A DNA stretch of 64,000 bases. Origin: Basidiobolus meristosporus CBS 931.73 (Eukaryota > Fungi > Basidiobolomycota). Shown here piece by piece: positions 36,778 to 51,741 of this stretch; the stretch's first letter is position 1; each line of letters opens with the position of its first letter. The stretch covers positions 1-64,000 of the forward strand of contig MCFE01000208.1 in the NCBI GenBank assembly GCA_002104905.1, written 5' to 3'. The translations under genes were made by a program, and so were the position numbers. The notes beneath the pieces are model-generated. The model had not been told where the DNA came from. It worked only from the letters and a program-made list of their open reading frames with translations, and searched no databases.

Positions 36778-38244
36778 TTATAGCCGGTAAGTAATGATAT
36801 TGAGATTATTCTGGTGGACGCTCCAAGCAAATCGCTCCCCCAATTCTATAGCCACCTGGGTCCAAAAAAGATTGGATTGAAAGGTGAAGTCGATCTTCAA
36901 TTGTTTCAATCGTTTCTTGGCTCCAAGTTGACGAATCACCAGTGGGGTGACAGCGGTGTGACCCAAATCCAAATATTGCAACTCCTTCCATATGTTGATG
37001 ACTTTAAGGAGGGTTGCCTCTGTTAGGTATGGGTTGCTCTCCTGTGGGTGACCAAGCTTAAGCCTCTGCAGACGAACGCATCTACTCGCCAGCAGCTCAA
37101 GATCGGTAAGGGTGAAGGTGAGAAGACTGAACCCGAAATCTATCAGATTTGGACAGTGTTCCACCAAGGTAGTGACCAGCTCAGTTTGTAGTTGAGTGCC
37201 CGCAGAGATGTTCAAGGTTTGCAACTTCTCCCCGGCCCTTTTGCACAGAGCTGCCACCTTCGAATTGGTGATCGCAGTTTCCCGTAGAAGGAGATGTTGA
37301 AGAGATTGAAAGGTCCCCTCTGGCGTTGGAACCCCCTCATTTCCAAAATGGCGGCAATGGGTGATTTCCAGCCACTCCAGTCGGGGAAACAAGCCCATCT
37401 CTCTCAGAGAGCTAAGCTGCTCACACCACATGAATTTTATTACCAGTAGACTATGTTTATGCTGTATCAAAAGTTCTTGGATGGTTTGTTCAAAAGTGGT
37501 TTCTTGGGAGTTTTCTATCACGAGTTCTTGGAACGAGCTCGGGGCTTGTTGTTTTATGAGAAATGCTAGGTCCGTGTCCGTGAAGGTGCTTTTGGCCCGG
37601 ATGTGTAGTATTCGTAAGCTGTGGCAACAGTGAGCGATATCAAGGAGATTTTGGGTGGTTATCACGGCCCGCTGCCTTCTATCAAAATGAATCTCTAGGT
37701 GCTGAAGTTTACCGTATTGGATCTCCTCTTCCAACGAAAATAACTGTTTGAGAAATCCATATTCGTCGCAAATCAGGGTTTCCAGACGCGGAGCGTATCT
37801 GAACGTCTCAAACACACTCCATTGGATCTTATCCTTTCCGTAATGTCCGTACGTGGAGGTGAATTCCTCCCACAAGAAGCGTATGGAGAGGAAGTCCAAC
37901 TGATGCAAGCAGTTGAGATAGCCGATCCTTTTCCCTTGCTGCCTGCGAGACTCGTCGCTAACAAGGGTGAGGATCAACAGCTGCACTCTGAATGAAATAT
38001 CTACAGTGTCTTCCTCCAGTTGAAACCCGTCATAAGGCTCGGGCCCACTTAGTGAACGCAAGAAGTCAAATGGCCTAGCATACAACACTTGTAAACCTCG
38101 TTCGCACCACTGTCTGTTAACCTGGCAGCAGGTGTTCAAACTTTTGCAGTCTAACTGAAGCCATTTAAAAACCAGATCGAGCGTGTCGGAAGAAAGTTGG
38201 ATTGGGCTCTTCCGCGGGCGGTGGAAACAGGATGAATACAACAT
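36778..38244 (-). CDS. F-box-like / leucine-rich-repeat (RNI-like) protein, intronless (488 aa)
   Basis: First real ATG at 38244. LSSDTLDLVFKWL...SLNTCCQVNRQWCERGLQVLYARPF is F-box-like, followed by LxxLxL repeats (LRILHI, LEWLEITHC, LQHLLL, LQTLNIS, LQRLKLG, LQYLDLG). Confidence 0.8.
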   Translation of the reverse strand: MLYSSCFHRPRKSPIQLSSDTLDLVFKWLQLDCKSLNTCCQVNRQWCERGLQVLYARPFDFLRSLSGPEPYDGFQLEEDTVDISFRVQLLILTLVSDESRRQQGKRIGYLNCLHQLDFLSIRFLWEEFTSTYGHYGKDKIQWSVFETFRYAPRLETLICDEYGFLKQLFSLEEEIQYGKLQHLEIHFDRRQRAVITTQNLLDIAHCCHSLRILHIRAKSTFTDTDLAFLIKQQAPSSFQELVIENSQETTFEQTIQELLIQHKHSLLVIKFMWCEQLSSLREMGLFPRLEWLEITHCRHFGNEGVPTPEGTFQSLQHLLLRETAITNSKVAALCKRAGEKLQTLNISAGTQLQTELVTTLVEHCPNLIDFGFSLLTFTLTDLELLASRCVRLQRLKLGHPQESNPYLTEATLLKVINIWKELQYLDLGHTAVTPLVIRQLGAKKRLKQLKIDFTFQSNLFWTQVAIELGERFAWSVHQNNLNIITYRL

Positions 38245-39015
38245 ATAAAGGACATAAAGGTTGGTGTACACAATGAAGGCTGAGTAGTGAACTATCACCA
38301 AGTTAAACCTGTAAGGCCGGTGTTGAGTACTCCTAGGTTTCGTACAATTCAGGAGTTGACAATGCACAATAAAACGCTATGCAACACGGCAACCAATACC
38401 TGCTCTGAAAAGTATCATACCGATCTTAAACGATTCATCTCATGCTTACCAGAACAGCGCTCGGTTCCAATAATATGGAAGTAACGCCCTGAGAATCGGC
38501 AGTACAGATAAAGCCGAAGGAAACCCGTGCAACACATGGATGGCTGGGTAGACCGGTCAGTCTGACAAAACCGTATCGCTATCATTCGTCACAAAATAAG
38601 AAGCCATATATGGTTCTCATTGGGAAGCACTTTGGCTTACACGTGTCAGACGGGCTCGGGCGGGAGCATTAGATCCGATATCGAAGATGCCCATCTATAC
38701 GCTCAACAAGGAATCACTCCCCTATAGGTCGAACTTACAAATCTTGCATGTGAAACATTTGAAGGCGGAACAAGCCATTTATTGTGTTATGGTGTTGAAT
38801 GAGTAGCTTCCTTCGTCTCTAAACTGTCGGGCAATGATGGGAAGCCAATCTCAACCCTGTGAGCAAAGCTATAAAGGAATAACTTGATGGATTTATACAC
38901 AGCTCTGCAGACTCTGAATAAATGGAGTATCAAGCTTGGGGGTATGCAAGCCCCCTTGCTGTGGTCTTAATTAATGTTGGCGGCCCGCATGCCAAGCTCA
39001 AGTCACCCACAAGGC

Positions 39016-40919
<1,904 letters not shown>

Positions 40920-41609
40920 GAGGGAGCAAGATATTGGAGAGGGGAAGTGTGAACTAAGGCGGCAACATTTACTGGGAATTTAATTTTGGATGTATGTGAA
41001 TTAATCAAGAAACCATCCAGCAGGAATACATCCAAGTGTCAGCTCTCCACCAATGGGTTTGTGCATGATATTACTATTATTGATGATGTTTGCCTATTTA
41101 CACTGCTCGGGTACAATTCGCGATTCTTGAAAGAATAGTACGCTACGATGGGTGACTTCACTGGTATACTCAGAATGCCTGGTGGCTGTATGCAACACAA
41201 AGCGACCGATCTTGCACTCAGTATGAATTCCATTGCCTCCATCAGTTCTCATACTACTTCATTGAGTATATACTATTAACGGATATCTAAAATGGATTTT
41301 TATGGAAATGTACAATTCAGGTGGCTCTCATTAAAAATCATCCATTTAATGTGCATATCCAATCAAGTGTCTCCTGAGACAATCCATGATCCTTTCCGAC
41401 CATGATAGAATATGACTACGATCGGCCAAATGAGGTAAAACGGTAAGTTTGGTCCATTCTTTTTTGCTGGTGTTTTATTCGGACGTGTAGTTCATGTGAC
41501 GGTACAGTAACTGGGTACAGTTGTACGGATGAGATATTGATAAAGGGGAGCTAAAAGCTAATGGAGAGAAAAGATTTACACAGGAGTGGTGATGCTACAA
41601 CCATGGTTC

Positions 41610-43724
41610 TTATGTGTAAGAGTACTGTGGGCCGCCGCCACCTTCAGGGACAGTCCAATCAATATTCTGTGAGGGGTCCTTAATGTCGCAGGTCTTGCAG
41701 TGTAAACAATTCTGTGAGTTGATTTGTAGTCGCTTTTGACCTGGGTTGGCATCGTCATCAACATATTCGTAGACGTTGGCCGGGCAGAAACGATTCTCTG
41801 GGCCGTCAAAAACCTTCAGGTTGCGTTCAACAGGAACTTCCTTGTTACGAAGTTTCAAATGAACAGGTTGGTTCTCAGCATGATTGGTTCCACTGCGAGC
41901 CAGATTCTCGAGCAACTCGAAAGAGATCACACCATCAGGCTTGGGGTAATCGATAGGCTTACAGTCTTTAGCAGGCTTGAGCATAGCATAGTCGGGTCCG
42001 GGGTGTTTGAATGTCCACGGGACTTTTCCTTTCAAGAATAAGGTATCCAAACCGGTATAGATGGCGCCACCAAAGACACCCAGTGGGTTGTGGAATGAGG
42101 GGCGAACGTTACGAACCTGGTAGAGCTCATCCCATACCCACGATTTCTTGATGTTATCTTCGTAGTTGGTAAGGGTAAGAGGATCTGTGACCTCGTCGTC
42201 CTTTGAAAGAGCTTCAAAGGCGGCCTCGGCGGCCAACATGCCACTCTTCATAGCGGTATGCGTTCCCTTGATTTTGGGAACATTCAGGAACCCAGCTGTG
42301 CAACCGATCAATGCACCACCGGGGAACACCAACTTCGGGATCGATTGATAACCTCCCTCATTCAGGGCTCTAGCGCCATATGAAATACATTGGCCACCTT
42401 CGAGATACTTTCTAATAGCTGGATGTTGCTTGAATCGCTGGAATTCCTTATATGGGCTAAGGTATGGGTTTTCGTAATCAAGGGCTACCACATACCCGAT
42501 GCTGACAAGGTTGTTTTCCATATGGTACACGAATGAACCACCATAGGTTTTGTAGTCAACTGGCCAGCCAATGGTATGAAGTACTAGACCTGGCTCATGT
42601 TTGGCAGGGTCTATTTCCCAGACTTCCTTCAAACCAATCGCGTATGTTTGAGGCTCCGAATTTTCACGCAAATTGAATTTGCTGAACAGTGTCTTGGTTA
42701 GAGAGCCATGGCAACCTTCAGCGAACAAGGTGACTTTGCCATGTATTTCCATTCCTCGTTCAAAACTATCCTGTAGTAGAGAAGTAGATTAAATTGAGGC
42801 CTGGTGAAACGTACGACAATCGGAAAATAGTACCTTTGGTTGGCCATTCTTATCCAATCCAACATCATTGGTAGCAATGCCCTTGACACGGCCCTCCTCG
42901 TCATAGATAACCTGATGATGAGAATTTAATATCTGAACCGACATTAAGCATTAAAGAATGTTGTATAATACCTCGCTAGCGGCAATACCGGGATAAATGT
43001 CAACGCCAAGTTCCTCTGCTTGCTCTCCAAGCCACTTGGTGAAGTTGTTGAGACTTATAATGTAATTTCCTTTATTGTTCATCTGAGGTGGATGAGGTAA
43101 AGGAATGGCATATTTCTCGGTTAGGAAACACATTTTGTCTTTGAGGGCAGGTTGATTCAATGGAGCCTATATGGTATCAATTCGATTAGGAAATGTGTGC
43201 ATCGTCACATCTTGCTAGTCACCCATACCCCTTTCTCGGACCAGTCTGGAATAAGTTCATTGAGTGCTCTTGGTTCAAGCACGGCACCAGACAAGGTATG
43301 GGCACCTTTGATGGAGGGTCAGGTTGGTTGTTGATATCAATAAATACTTGTTCTGGATATAGCACTAACCAATCTCGCCGGCCTTCTCAACAACTACTAC
43401 CTTGAGCTCTTTATCAGCTTCATTTGCAAGTTGCTTGAGTCGAATGGCAGCTGATAAACCTGAGGGGCCTCCGCCAACAATGACAACGTCAGCTTCATCA
43501 ACAAAGCGTTCGGCTTTTGTGGGATCTTCCTCATCTTCGGCGGTGGCAAAAGCACGGACTGGAGTGGTTGAAAAGGCACGAGTAGAGAGTTGTAGCAAGG
43601 ACTTCGTAGGTAGAGTGGGTGTAGCAGGACGGACAAGAAGGCTTGTAGTGGAAAAACGACTAGCATTCAGAGCTCTTGTCAAAGCTATTCTAGTGAAGCC
43701 CCTTTGGAGACGAAGGGAAGCCAT
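41610..43724 (-). CDS. ETFDH: Mitochondrial electron transfer flavoprotein-ubiquinone oxidoreductase; multi-exon
   Basis: Mitochondrial presequence, [21 protein letters not shown] (FAD binding), [42 protein letters not shown] and [14 protein letters not shown] (4Fe-4S), ending GGGGPQY. Confidence 0.97.
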
Positions 43725-45687
43725 CGTGCGAATATTTACCAACCAATAATCAAAGAAAATTAAGATTTAAGGGATGTCTACTCACAAGAAGCAACGAAGT
43801 GGACTAAATGGATAAAGGAACCAGCTCAGTCAAGTAAATATTTATAGGCTGGAGAAAGTCGGAGCATCAATGCCAATACGCAATAAATGCGTGCTCAGCT
43901 CAGAATGTCAAGGAGTATCATGATTCAGACGAAATTTTCTCACGATGCTAATGACAGTGGAATAAATCATCTCACCAATAGGAATAATCTAGTACGAAGA
44001 TTGCAATGGATTTATGGAACTTGCCCTCCACAACAAAAATCACACGAAAGAAAAACTAGTACATCAGAGGCACAGCTAGACATGGGAAGAAAGGAGTATG
44101 ATGCACAGAAACACTGATTATGATTTTTGTGGGCAGTGAAACTTACGAACCTATCCGCCGAATTACCACAAACCCTCCCAACTGGACTTGAGAGTGCTAG
44201 GATGGTGGATGCAGTATTGAAATCGCATAATAACAAGAAGCAATCCTCTCCACATAATTACAAGCTTCCCCATAAAATTTCTATATATCAAATAAAGCTG
44301 GATGTAAATACCGTGCCAGAAGAAATCAACCGAGTACAATATAGTAGATTCACCTGATCCAACGGGTGTCACCATTCAGTTAACCAGTTGAAAAATATTG
44401 CTTACCAAAATCAATCTGCCCACGGAGTTGCTCGAACAGCAACCGGCCCATTACACGTGATTTTCAAGTACGTCAACTCCTGTCTGTTTGAAAGCAACAT
44501 GTTGTAGCACAACACAAAAAGATTTCAACAGGAGTGATTGGACAGGTTGAACCAAGGAATATAATAGTCATGCTAAGGAGGGGGCTTTACAAATTTGTGT
44601 ATACGCGATGATTCATGGTATATATATATGTGCTGGGCTCCAAACTTCGTGTTATACCCAACACTTGGGCTAAATGCCGAAAAATGTGTTAACACACCAT
44701 CTCTATAGTTATGCTAAACCCACGGATCTGCTATCTGACACGTTTCCGTAACATAAAAGAAGAATGTGTATTACCCTACGGGTCGTTGAAGTGTCGATAG
44801 CGCTGAGTAATTCTTAGTAATTGCTGACAATTATCCATATTTCTTTAGGAAAGCGATCATCATGACTCTTTTTGCTTTAAAGAGTCCACTTCTCGGTGAT
44901 CTTGTTAGCAGAAGTGGCTCGTAGCTAATGTTTGTTGGGCTTCAAGCATATCAGTCGTATCAGTGTTCTCTAAAGAGATAAGATATACCCCTTTTCTAAA
45001 TCGGAGTCATTTAAACTTTGTGCTCCAATTTGGATATAGGCCGCTTATAATCATGCAAATTGATACTCTATTAGTGTTCTGCGTTATATAAAAGGCGTGA
45101 ATGTCGATGATTGGTAATAACATGACTCATCTTCTTCCTGATTAATGCGTCCTCTCTACTTTAGGAAATTGTCTCAAGAGCTCTGCTCATCGTCGAATAA
45201 TTTTATAGGGAAGCATGGACCGCAATCTCATGACTGTCAGTCTCCTGATTTCTGAGGAGACAGGTGTAGTAGGTAATATGAGCGTTGCTGAACACATGAT
45301 AGCAATGATGCCTAATCTTGGAGTAGGTGTTGGAACTGACTTGGAGTTTGTACAAAATATCCGTTACCAGCAACAGGGGCAAGGGGCTGGTTGTTTGCAT
45401 AAGCAGCGTATCCGAGATTTGATCAACAGGCGTTTATACAATAATGAAACCGAGTTCGGTTTGATGGCTACATCGATCCTAATCAACTTTTAGTCGATGT
45501 TTAATTTTGCTCAAAGTGATTAAAAATTTCCATGAATCTCGAACGAAAAAAACCCAGTCCCATCGCCCACGAATAAGCATTGATTAAAAGATTTCTGCAA
45601 CTGCGGTGTGGATAAAATTTTTTAGAAACTTCATATTGAGTTTTGTCTGTAGCCACTTTATTCCTGTGTACTAGAGCGGAGTTCACG

Positions 45688-47705
45688 ATGTCTTTCTTGA
45701 GACTTACACCTAGGCATCTATTGAGAACTCGGTTCGCCTCAATCAATATTCACTCCCGCTTGTATACGCAAGTCAGAGATACAAATATTGCCGTGAAAGC
45801 TGTAAATTCTTCTGTTCCATCCAATGTTGACGAAGTGCCCATCAGTGAAGAAGAACTCTCGGAGGTTTACGAGTCTCTGAATCAACCCTTACCAAAACCT
45901 CGGAGTGTCGCAACCAAAATTAGCCCCAAGTTTTTGGATGAGCTCGGTGTAACGTATCTCGATACTCGCTCCTTGAATGATACAGAAGCCGAGGAAGCAA
46001 TTACTCTGAAGAATGAGAGCTCGGTTTTGGAGCTTAATTTGAAGCGCTTCAATCAGGTTATATATGCCAACGCCCTAGCTAAGCGACCGAAGGAAGCTGA
46101 GGAGGCCTTTGCCCTGCTCAAAGAATCCAATATCCAGCCTGACGTCCGCACTTTCAACCATCTTATGGATGCATATGCTAATGTCAATCAACTCGAAAAG
46201 GTGGTTAAAACCTTCAAGCTTATGGAGGAGTTTAACATCGAGCCTAGTATCCATTCGTACGGAACTTTGATCAAGGCTTATACTCGGTCAAACCGAGTAT
46301 ACGACGCATTTAAAGTTTACGACGCTATGAAGCTCAAGAATATCGTCCCATCTCAGCCTATATTCACTACTTTGATCAGTGGTTGCATCAAAGACAAGAA
46401 CCTTACTCGTGCCTGGCGTACTTTTGATCATATGCGCTTGGAAATCTGCCGCCCAGATGAGGTGTCGTACTCACTCATGATCCATGCTTGTGCACAAAAC
46501 CAGGAAGTCGAGCGTGCCCTAAATCTATTTGACGAAATGGCAGCTGCAGGCCTTTATCCAACTGATGTCACTTTCAATAGCTTGATCAATGCTTGTGCCA
46601 AGCGCGAGGATTACTACAATGAGGGCTTTGAGTTGCTGGAGCAAATGCAAGAGCAGGGATTCAAGCCGGATATCTACACCTTCAACTCTTTGATATTTGC
46701 ATGCTCAAAGAAAAATGATCTAAGCAGGGCCCGTCTTCTCTTTAGGGATATGATCAAGTCTGGTGACGACTTTTTGAAGCCGAATGAAATTACATACACC
46801 AATCTCATGTGGGTATATGCCTCGTATAAGCCACCTAACCGTCCCAGCGGTTATAAGGCTTTGAATGGCTCGGAAGTTGAGGGGAAACAATCCCTTGAAG
46901 TGGTGGAGGATACTTATCCACTTCTTTCTCACGAGCCGACGAACAAGACTGAGTTCCTACAAGAGGTGGATAACATTTTCAATTATGCCGTCGAGACCGC
47001 CAGCCATCGGAAAGAGTCTGTTTCACTCCGTTTAGTCAACAGCTACTTGGCTCTTTTTGTCAATAAGCGTGAGGTCGACAGAGCTATTGACGTCTATAAT
47101 AATCTGCTACCTAAGCTTGACCTTGAACCTAATGGCTGGACATACAAATCAATGCTACAACTCTGTGACCGAGAGCGTCGCCTGGACACTGGCAAAGAAG
47201 TCTGGGAACGAATGTCTAAATGGAGCAGGTCTCTCGAAGAAACAAGCACCAAGCGAGGTCGTGAGCGGGAAATGGAGCGTGTGTTCCAAGGCAGAAACCC
47301 TCCCGAAGAATATGCATGCTACAGATACATGATTAGTGCATACGCAAGGTATATCTCTATATTTCTCCATCAATCTCAAGCAGTATCTAACTTCAGTTCC
47401 TTTCAAGATGCAACGATGTCGATTCTGCATTGGAGCTCCTAAACGAGTTGGCACACAACTCGATAACTGGACACAGACACCGACCAAGACTTCCGGACTT
47501 CCAACTCCTTTATACCAGATGCGTAGAGTTAGAGGATAACGTTTCGAAGGTCAAGTTGATCGAACTTTGCCCCAATGGTAAGGACAATGTCTCTCGCACC
47601 AAGGATGAGCTACGTAAGAAATGGGCTGGGATGAAGAAGCCTTGGGATATCAGTGATAAGAAGAGACATCAGCTAGTCGGTGCATACAAGGGCAAGTTTG
47701 AATAG
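45688..47705 (+). CDS. Mitochondrial pentatricopeptide-repeat (PPR) protein, Ccm1-like; 2 exons
   Basis: Presequence MSFLRLTPRHLLRTRFAS; at least 7 tandem 35-aa PPRs (e.g. TFNHLMDAYANVNQLEKVVKTFKLMEEFNIEPS, TFNSLINACAKR, TFNSLIFACSKK). One intron near 47350-47409. Confidence 0.88.
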
Positions 47706-48550
47706 TCAAAAAGTAGAGCAACCTCAACAGAAATATTTTCCGTATCACCCTGTACACTCACCTCTATCACATCATTCATTGATAGAACAATGTACTCTAT
47801 TACTTTGTCATATTTGGTACCATATCAGAGTATTCATGTCTGGTAATTTAATTTTCACACTTCAACGTAGAATGTTTAGTAAAGTTTCAAGTTAATTGAT
47901 AACGAACTAGAGTTTACGGAGATGATTTTCGGATGATAAGCATCGTGGTGATTTTTACGAACCACCATTGCCGTTCATCCACATCCACCTCACGCAGCAA
48001 GTGGAGCCAATGCGAATCAATGCTCGTCGCAATGCGCCACATACCAGCAACACGCATTAGGAAGGAGATCAATGCGACATTCCATTTGTGCTGCGAATTG
48101 GTTACTGGCACTTGCCAGCGTTCTTGATCGACGATTACGTGGTGGCTGCACCACTGTCCCGGGAACAGCCTACGGCCCGCAAAACTAGTATCTAGGGGCA
48201 TTCCACCGTGTTGCCAAGTCCGCCAGCGACAGAGCCTGCAACAAAGTCCTAATGCCTTGCCGGTAAGATCATACAAACCAAACTTGGATATGCTCACCAG
48301 TATCTCCGAAGATTAACGTCAATTCTGCGTGGAGCGCTCGGCTATTGATGCGTCGTGGGACAAATGCACTCAAATAACTACTGGAATAATCATTTCCCAC
48401 ATCATAGTCGTCCTGAAAGAATCCAATTAGTGATCTGATTGGCAAAATATGAGGATTGTTGTGTTTTAGTCTGTATTGGGATTGAAGCACTTCTTATCTC
48501 TCACCAAACTGAGTGCCTCACACAAGTATTTTCCGCGTTTACGCTCGGTC

Positions 48551-49427
48551 ATGTCTACGAATAGCCACACTGCCCAATTGTTGTTCACACTTAATTTCGC
48601 TGCACAAAAGCATGCGACTCAGAGACGCAAGGATCCTGAACAGACCCGTAAGTGCTGAATGCCTTGCACCATTCATAGCTTCGACTTCTAACTTTCGATG
48701 TTTTGATAAGCGTACATCAATCACCCCATAATCGTAGCCAATGCCTTAGCCGAAGCTGGAGTAGACGATCTTGCTACCTTACAAGCAGCCATCCTCCACG
48801 ATACTGTTGAAGATACCGAGACTACTCTAGATGAGGTATCGTCTTTCTCACCTGATACAGATTATGAAACGTTTCTGACAGCCTCAATGCCAGCTGACAA
48901 AAGTATTTGGTGCCGAAGTCAGTAAATTAGTAGAAGAATGCACTGATGATAAGCACCTCTCCAAGGACGAACGCAAGCGTTTGCAAATCGTCACAGCCAA
49001 AAGCAAATCTGAGAAGGTATTAGTTGTTGCTCAATCCTTATCTGATGCACTCGTCGGTTATTGACTCCTCATTAGGCAAGGAGGGTTAAACTGGCTGATA
49101 AGCTCAGTAATCTCCGCGACTTGCAGCGTGTTGCCCCTGTCGGATGGTATGGTTTAATATTTCGTCTTCATTGTCACGATGTACTCAAGTAGTGGGATTA
49201 TCTAGGACTAAGGAGCGCGTACAGGAGTATTTTATCTGGGCCAAAAATGTCACTGATGGTTGGTTTATTTCCCCACTTGTTCAGCTTGCAATCATGCACT
49301 AACATATGTGTCTGTAGAATGCGCTGGTGCTTGTCCCAAGATTGAGGAGCAGTTGAAAGAAATTTACGCTGGTACTTTTAGGTACAACGGGTCGGATTAT
49401 AGATGTATCCCCAAAGATATGGAATAA
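48551..49427 (+). CDS. HDDC3: MESH1/HDDC3-like HD hydrolase ((p)ppGpp hydrolase / NADPH phosphatase family); multi-exon
   Basis: [24 protein letters not shown]...[19 protein letters not shown]...[21 protein letters not shown]...[13 protein letters not shown]...[13 protein letters not shown] matches the Mesh1 motif order. Confidence 0.9.
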
Positions 49428-49871
49428 CCATAAGCACAAAGAAGTAAATAAAAGCATCCAACTGATGTGTGGATTGAAATTTTTGTGTGCAATCCTCACC
49501 AGAAACCCCGACTGTAGGATTCATTCACGACATTCAGAGGTTTGGTTTACCACGTTCTCTACAGGTAATCATCCCGAAGTAGATGAATACTAGTTCGGAT
49601 TTAACTCCATTGATTTTCGTGCGGATCTCTGTTCTTGACTTCTACGCTATACACCGAAGGGCTAATACATTACCATAATGAAGCATAATGGATGTAATCA
49701 ATTTTCTTTTACGTAATGAAAGTGGTGTTTGCTCCGAAGTATGACCCTGAAGTATGATGTGGCTTGTACCAGATTCCACTCAGCACGTGATCTGAAATAT
49801 CATCGCTTCAAGGCCAAGCATACCTGGCATTTTTCGCAATCGCTCATCGGCAACTATTCTCACCGTAAAGG

Positions 49872-51149
49872 ATGCGTATTCTATTTGCATTAATACTCAC
49901 ATCGTTCATGGTCTGGCATGGCCTGGCGAAGAAGGCACTATCAACATCCGGGCTACTGGCTGCCAGTTTCGTTGGACTCATCACTTTCTCTAGTGACGAG
50001 TATGTTTTTGGGGTGATACTTTTGACTTTCTACCTGTCTTCATCTCGTTTTACTAAGGTAAATCAATGGAAAGGTTTGTTTGCTCATCCGCGATCGCACA
50101 GCTAATCCAGCAAATCATAGTTGAAGGCAGAATTAAAGAAACAATTGGAGGAGGACTATCTCGAAGGTAATCGGCAGGTGTGCACCAGCTTGTTGTCGGA
50201 TCTCCTGATCCCAACTATTGTATATTGTAGGTGGGCAAAGAACAGCTACACAGGTGTTCTCCAACGCTTTGACCGGAACTGTTCTTGTACTTGTTTTCGG
50301 TTACTTCTCAAATGGGGAAGAATTCTATTTCGGTAGAAGCTTTGAGCAGACCATCGTTTTGCTTATGTATATAGGGTGGCTAGCTTTTTGATTTTCCTTG
50401 GTTAGCAGCGTCGACGACTAACATCTACTTTTTGACTGAAGCCATTATGCTTGCTGTTGTGGAGACACGGTAGGACAGATTGCTAACGGGGACTTAAACA
50501 TGCGTGGTCTAACTCCAGTATATTTAACTTAAAGTGGGCTAGTGAACTCGGCGTTCTTAATACTGACTGGCCCATTCTCATCACTAACTTCGAAAGAGTA
50601 GTTCACGCACCATTAGCAGTTGGAAAACAACGAGTCATCGCTAACACTTGAAACATCACTAGGTTCCCCCTGGTACCAACGGTGGAATCAGTCCAATTGG
50701 TACCCTGGCTTCACTCTTAGGTGGTAAAACCATTGGAATTGTAGCTACAATTACACTAGCTATCCAGCATAATAGTAGCAAAGCTCCATGGATTCTAATT
50801 GGGGTTGGCATCATTGGTGGCTTAGTTGGCTCTCTGGTATGCTCTAATCATAGAAGATGCATGTCATCTGGACTAACAGTTCTTGCCATCATCATTGCAG
50901 ATCGATTCGTTCCTTGGCGCAACAGTCCAACGTACTTACCTTTCAAAGTCCCACAAGATTGTCAACCAAGTCAGACCTGGCTTAAAGGTTATCGCTGGTT
51001 ATGATATCCTCGACAATCACCAAGTAAGAGCTGTGAACAATCTCCTCGAAGTGGGCTCCACTCACCGGTTACATATTTAGGTTAATTTCATCTCCTCCTT
51101 GGCCACTAGCGTCTTGATGGGTGCCGTGGGCTACTACATGCTTGCTTGA
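49872..51149 (+). CDS. TMEM19: TMEM19/DUF92 integral membrane protein; multi-exon
   Basis: KKALSTSG...FYLSSSRFTK...GQRTATQVFSN...HYACCCGDT-WASELG...VPPGTNGGIS...DSFLGATVQ...LDNHQVN. Confidence 0.88.
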
Positions 51150-51741
51150 GGTGATGAAAGAACCTTTTGGCTGAAATGCGCATAAAGCCTCCACAAATCG
51201 TTCCACGTCGTAACTTATATACACCAGGCAGCTTCTTCATCAATATTACTGGCGGTACATTCTAATTTATTCGATTCAATAATACCGATGTCTGTGAGGA
51301 GCATGGGCTAGCCACTCTACGCAAACCTTGTAACCTGAATTAAATTGATTAAACCGACAGGAAAGTCTAGAAGCAGCCCCATCATGCCATCCCACCAATC
51401 CCACCCCATCAATGGTATATCATCAGAATTCCCCGGAACCGCCCCCCATAGAACCATCGGTTCAGCCACCAAACATTTAGAGAAGTAGTGCTGGTTATTC
51501 GGAGAGAAGGGTCGGTTAGCAATTTATTGAGATTCGTTACAAAGTTCTAAAGAGGTATATATACGCCAGTGGAAATGAAAGAAGTTCATGTAGACTGTAG
51601 TGAAAGGACTTTTGCAAATGTACCAGAGCACCCGAAAATCATTAAAATATACAAAACAGTGGTTTAAAATCAGTTCATTAAAATTATTTCTTGGCAGAAT
51701 AGTAGGCCATCTACCCTAATCGACTCCATGTCATACAATTC

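Noticed and set aside
45215-45493. 92-aa ORF upstream of the PPR gene
   Set aside because: No convincing domain; only a faint CAP-like GVGVG resemblance.
47914-48297. GC-rich region with a 127-aa minus ORF between the PPR and MESH1 genes
   Set aside because: A mitochondrial-carrier-like fragment (FVAGSVAGG…PLDT) needs a frameshift and has upstream stops; no coherent gene model.
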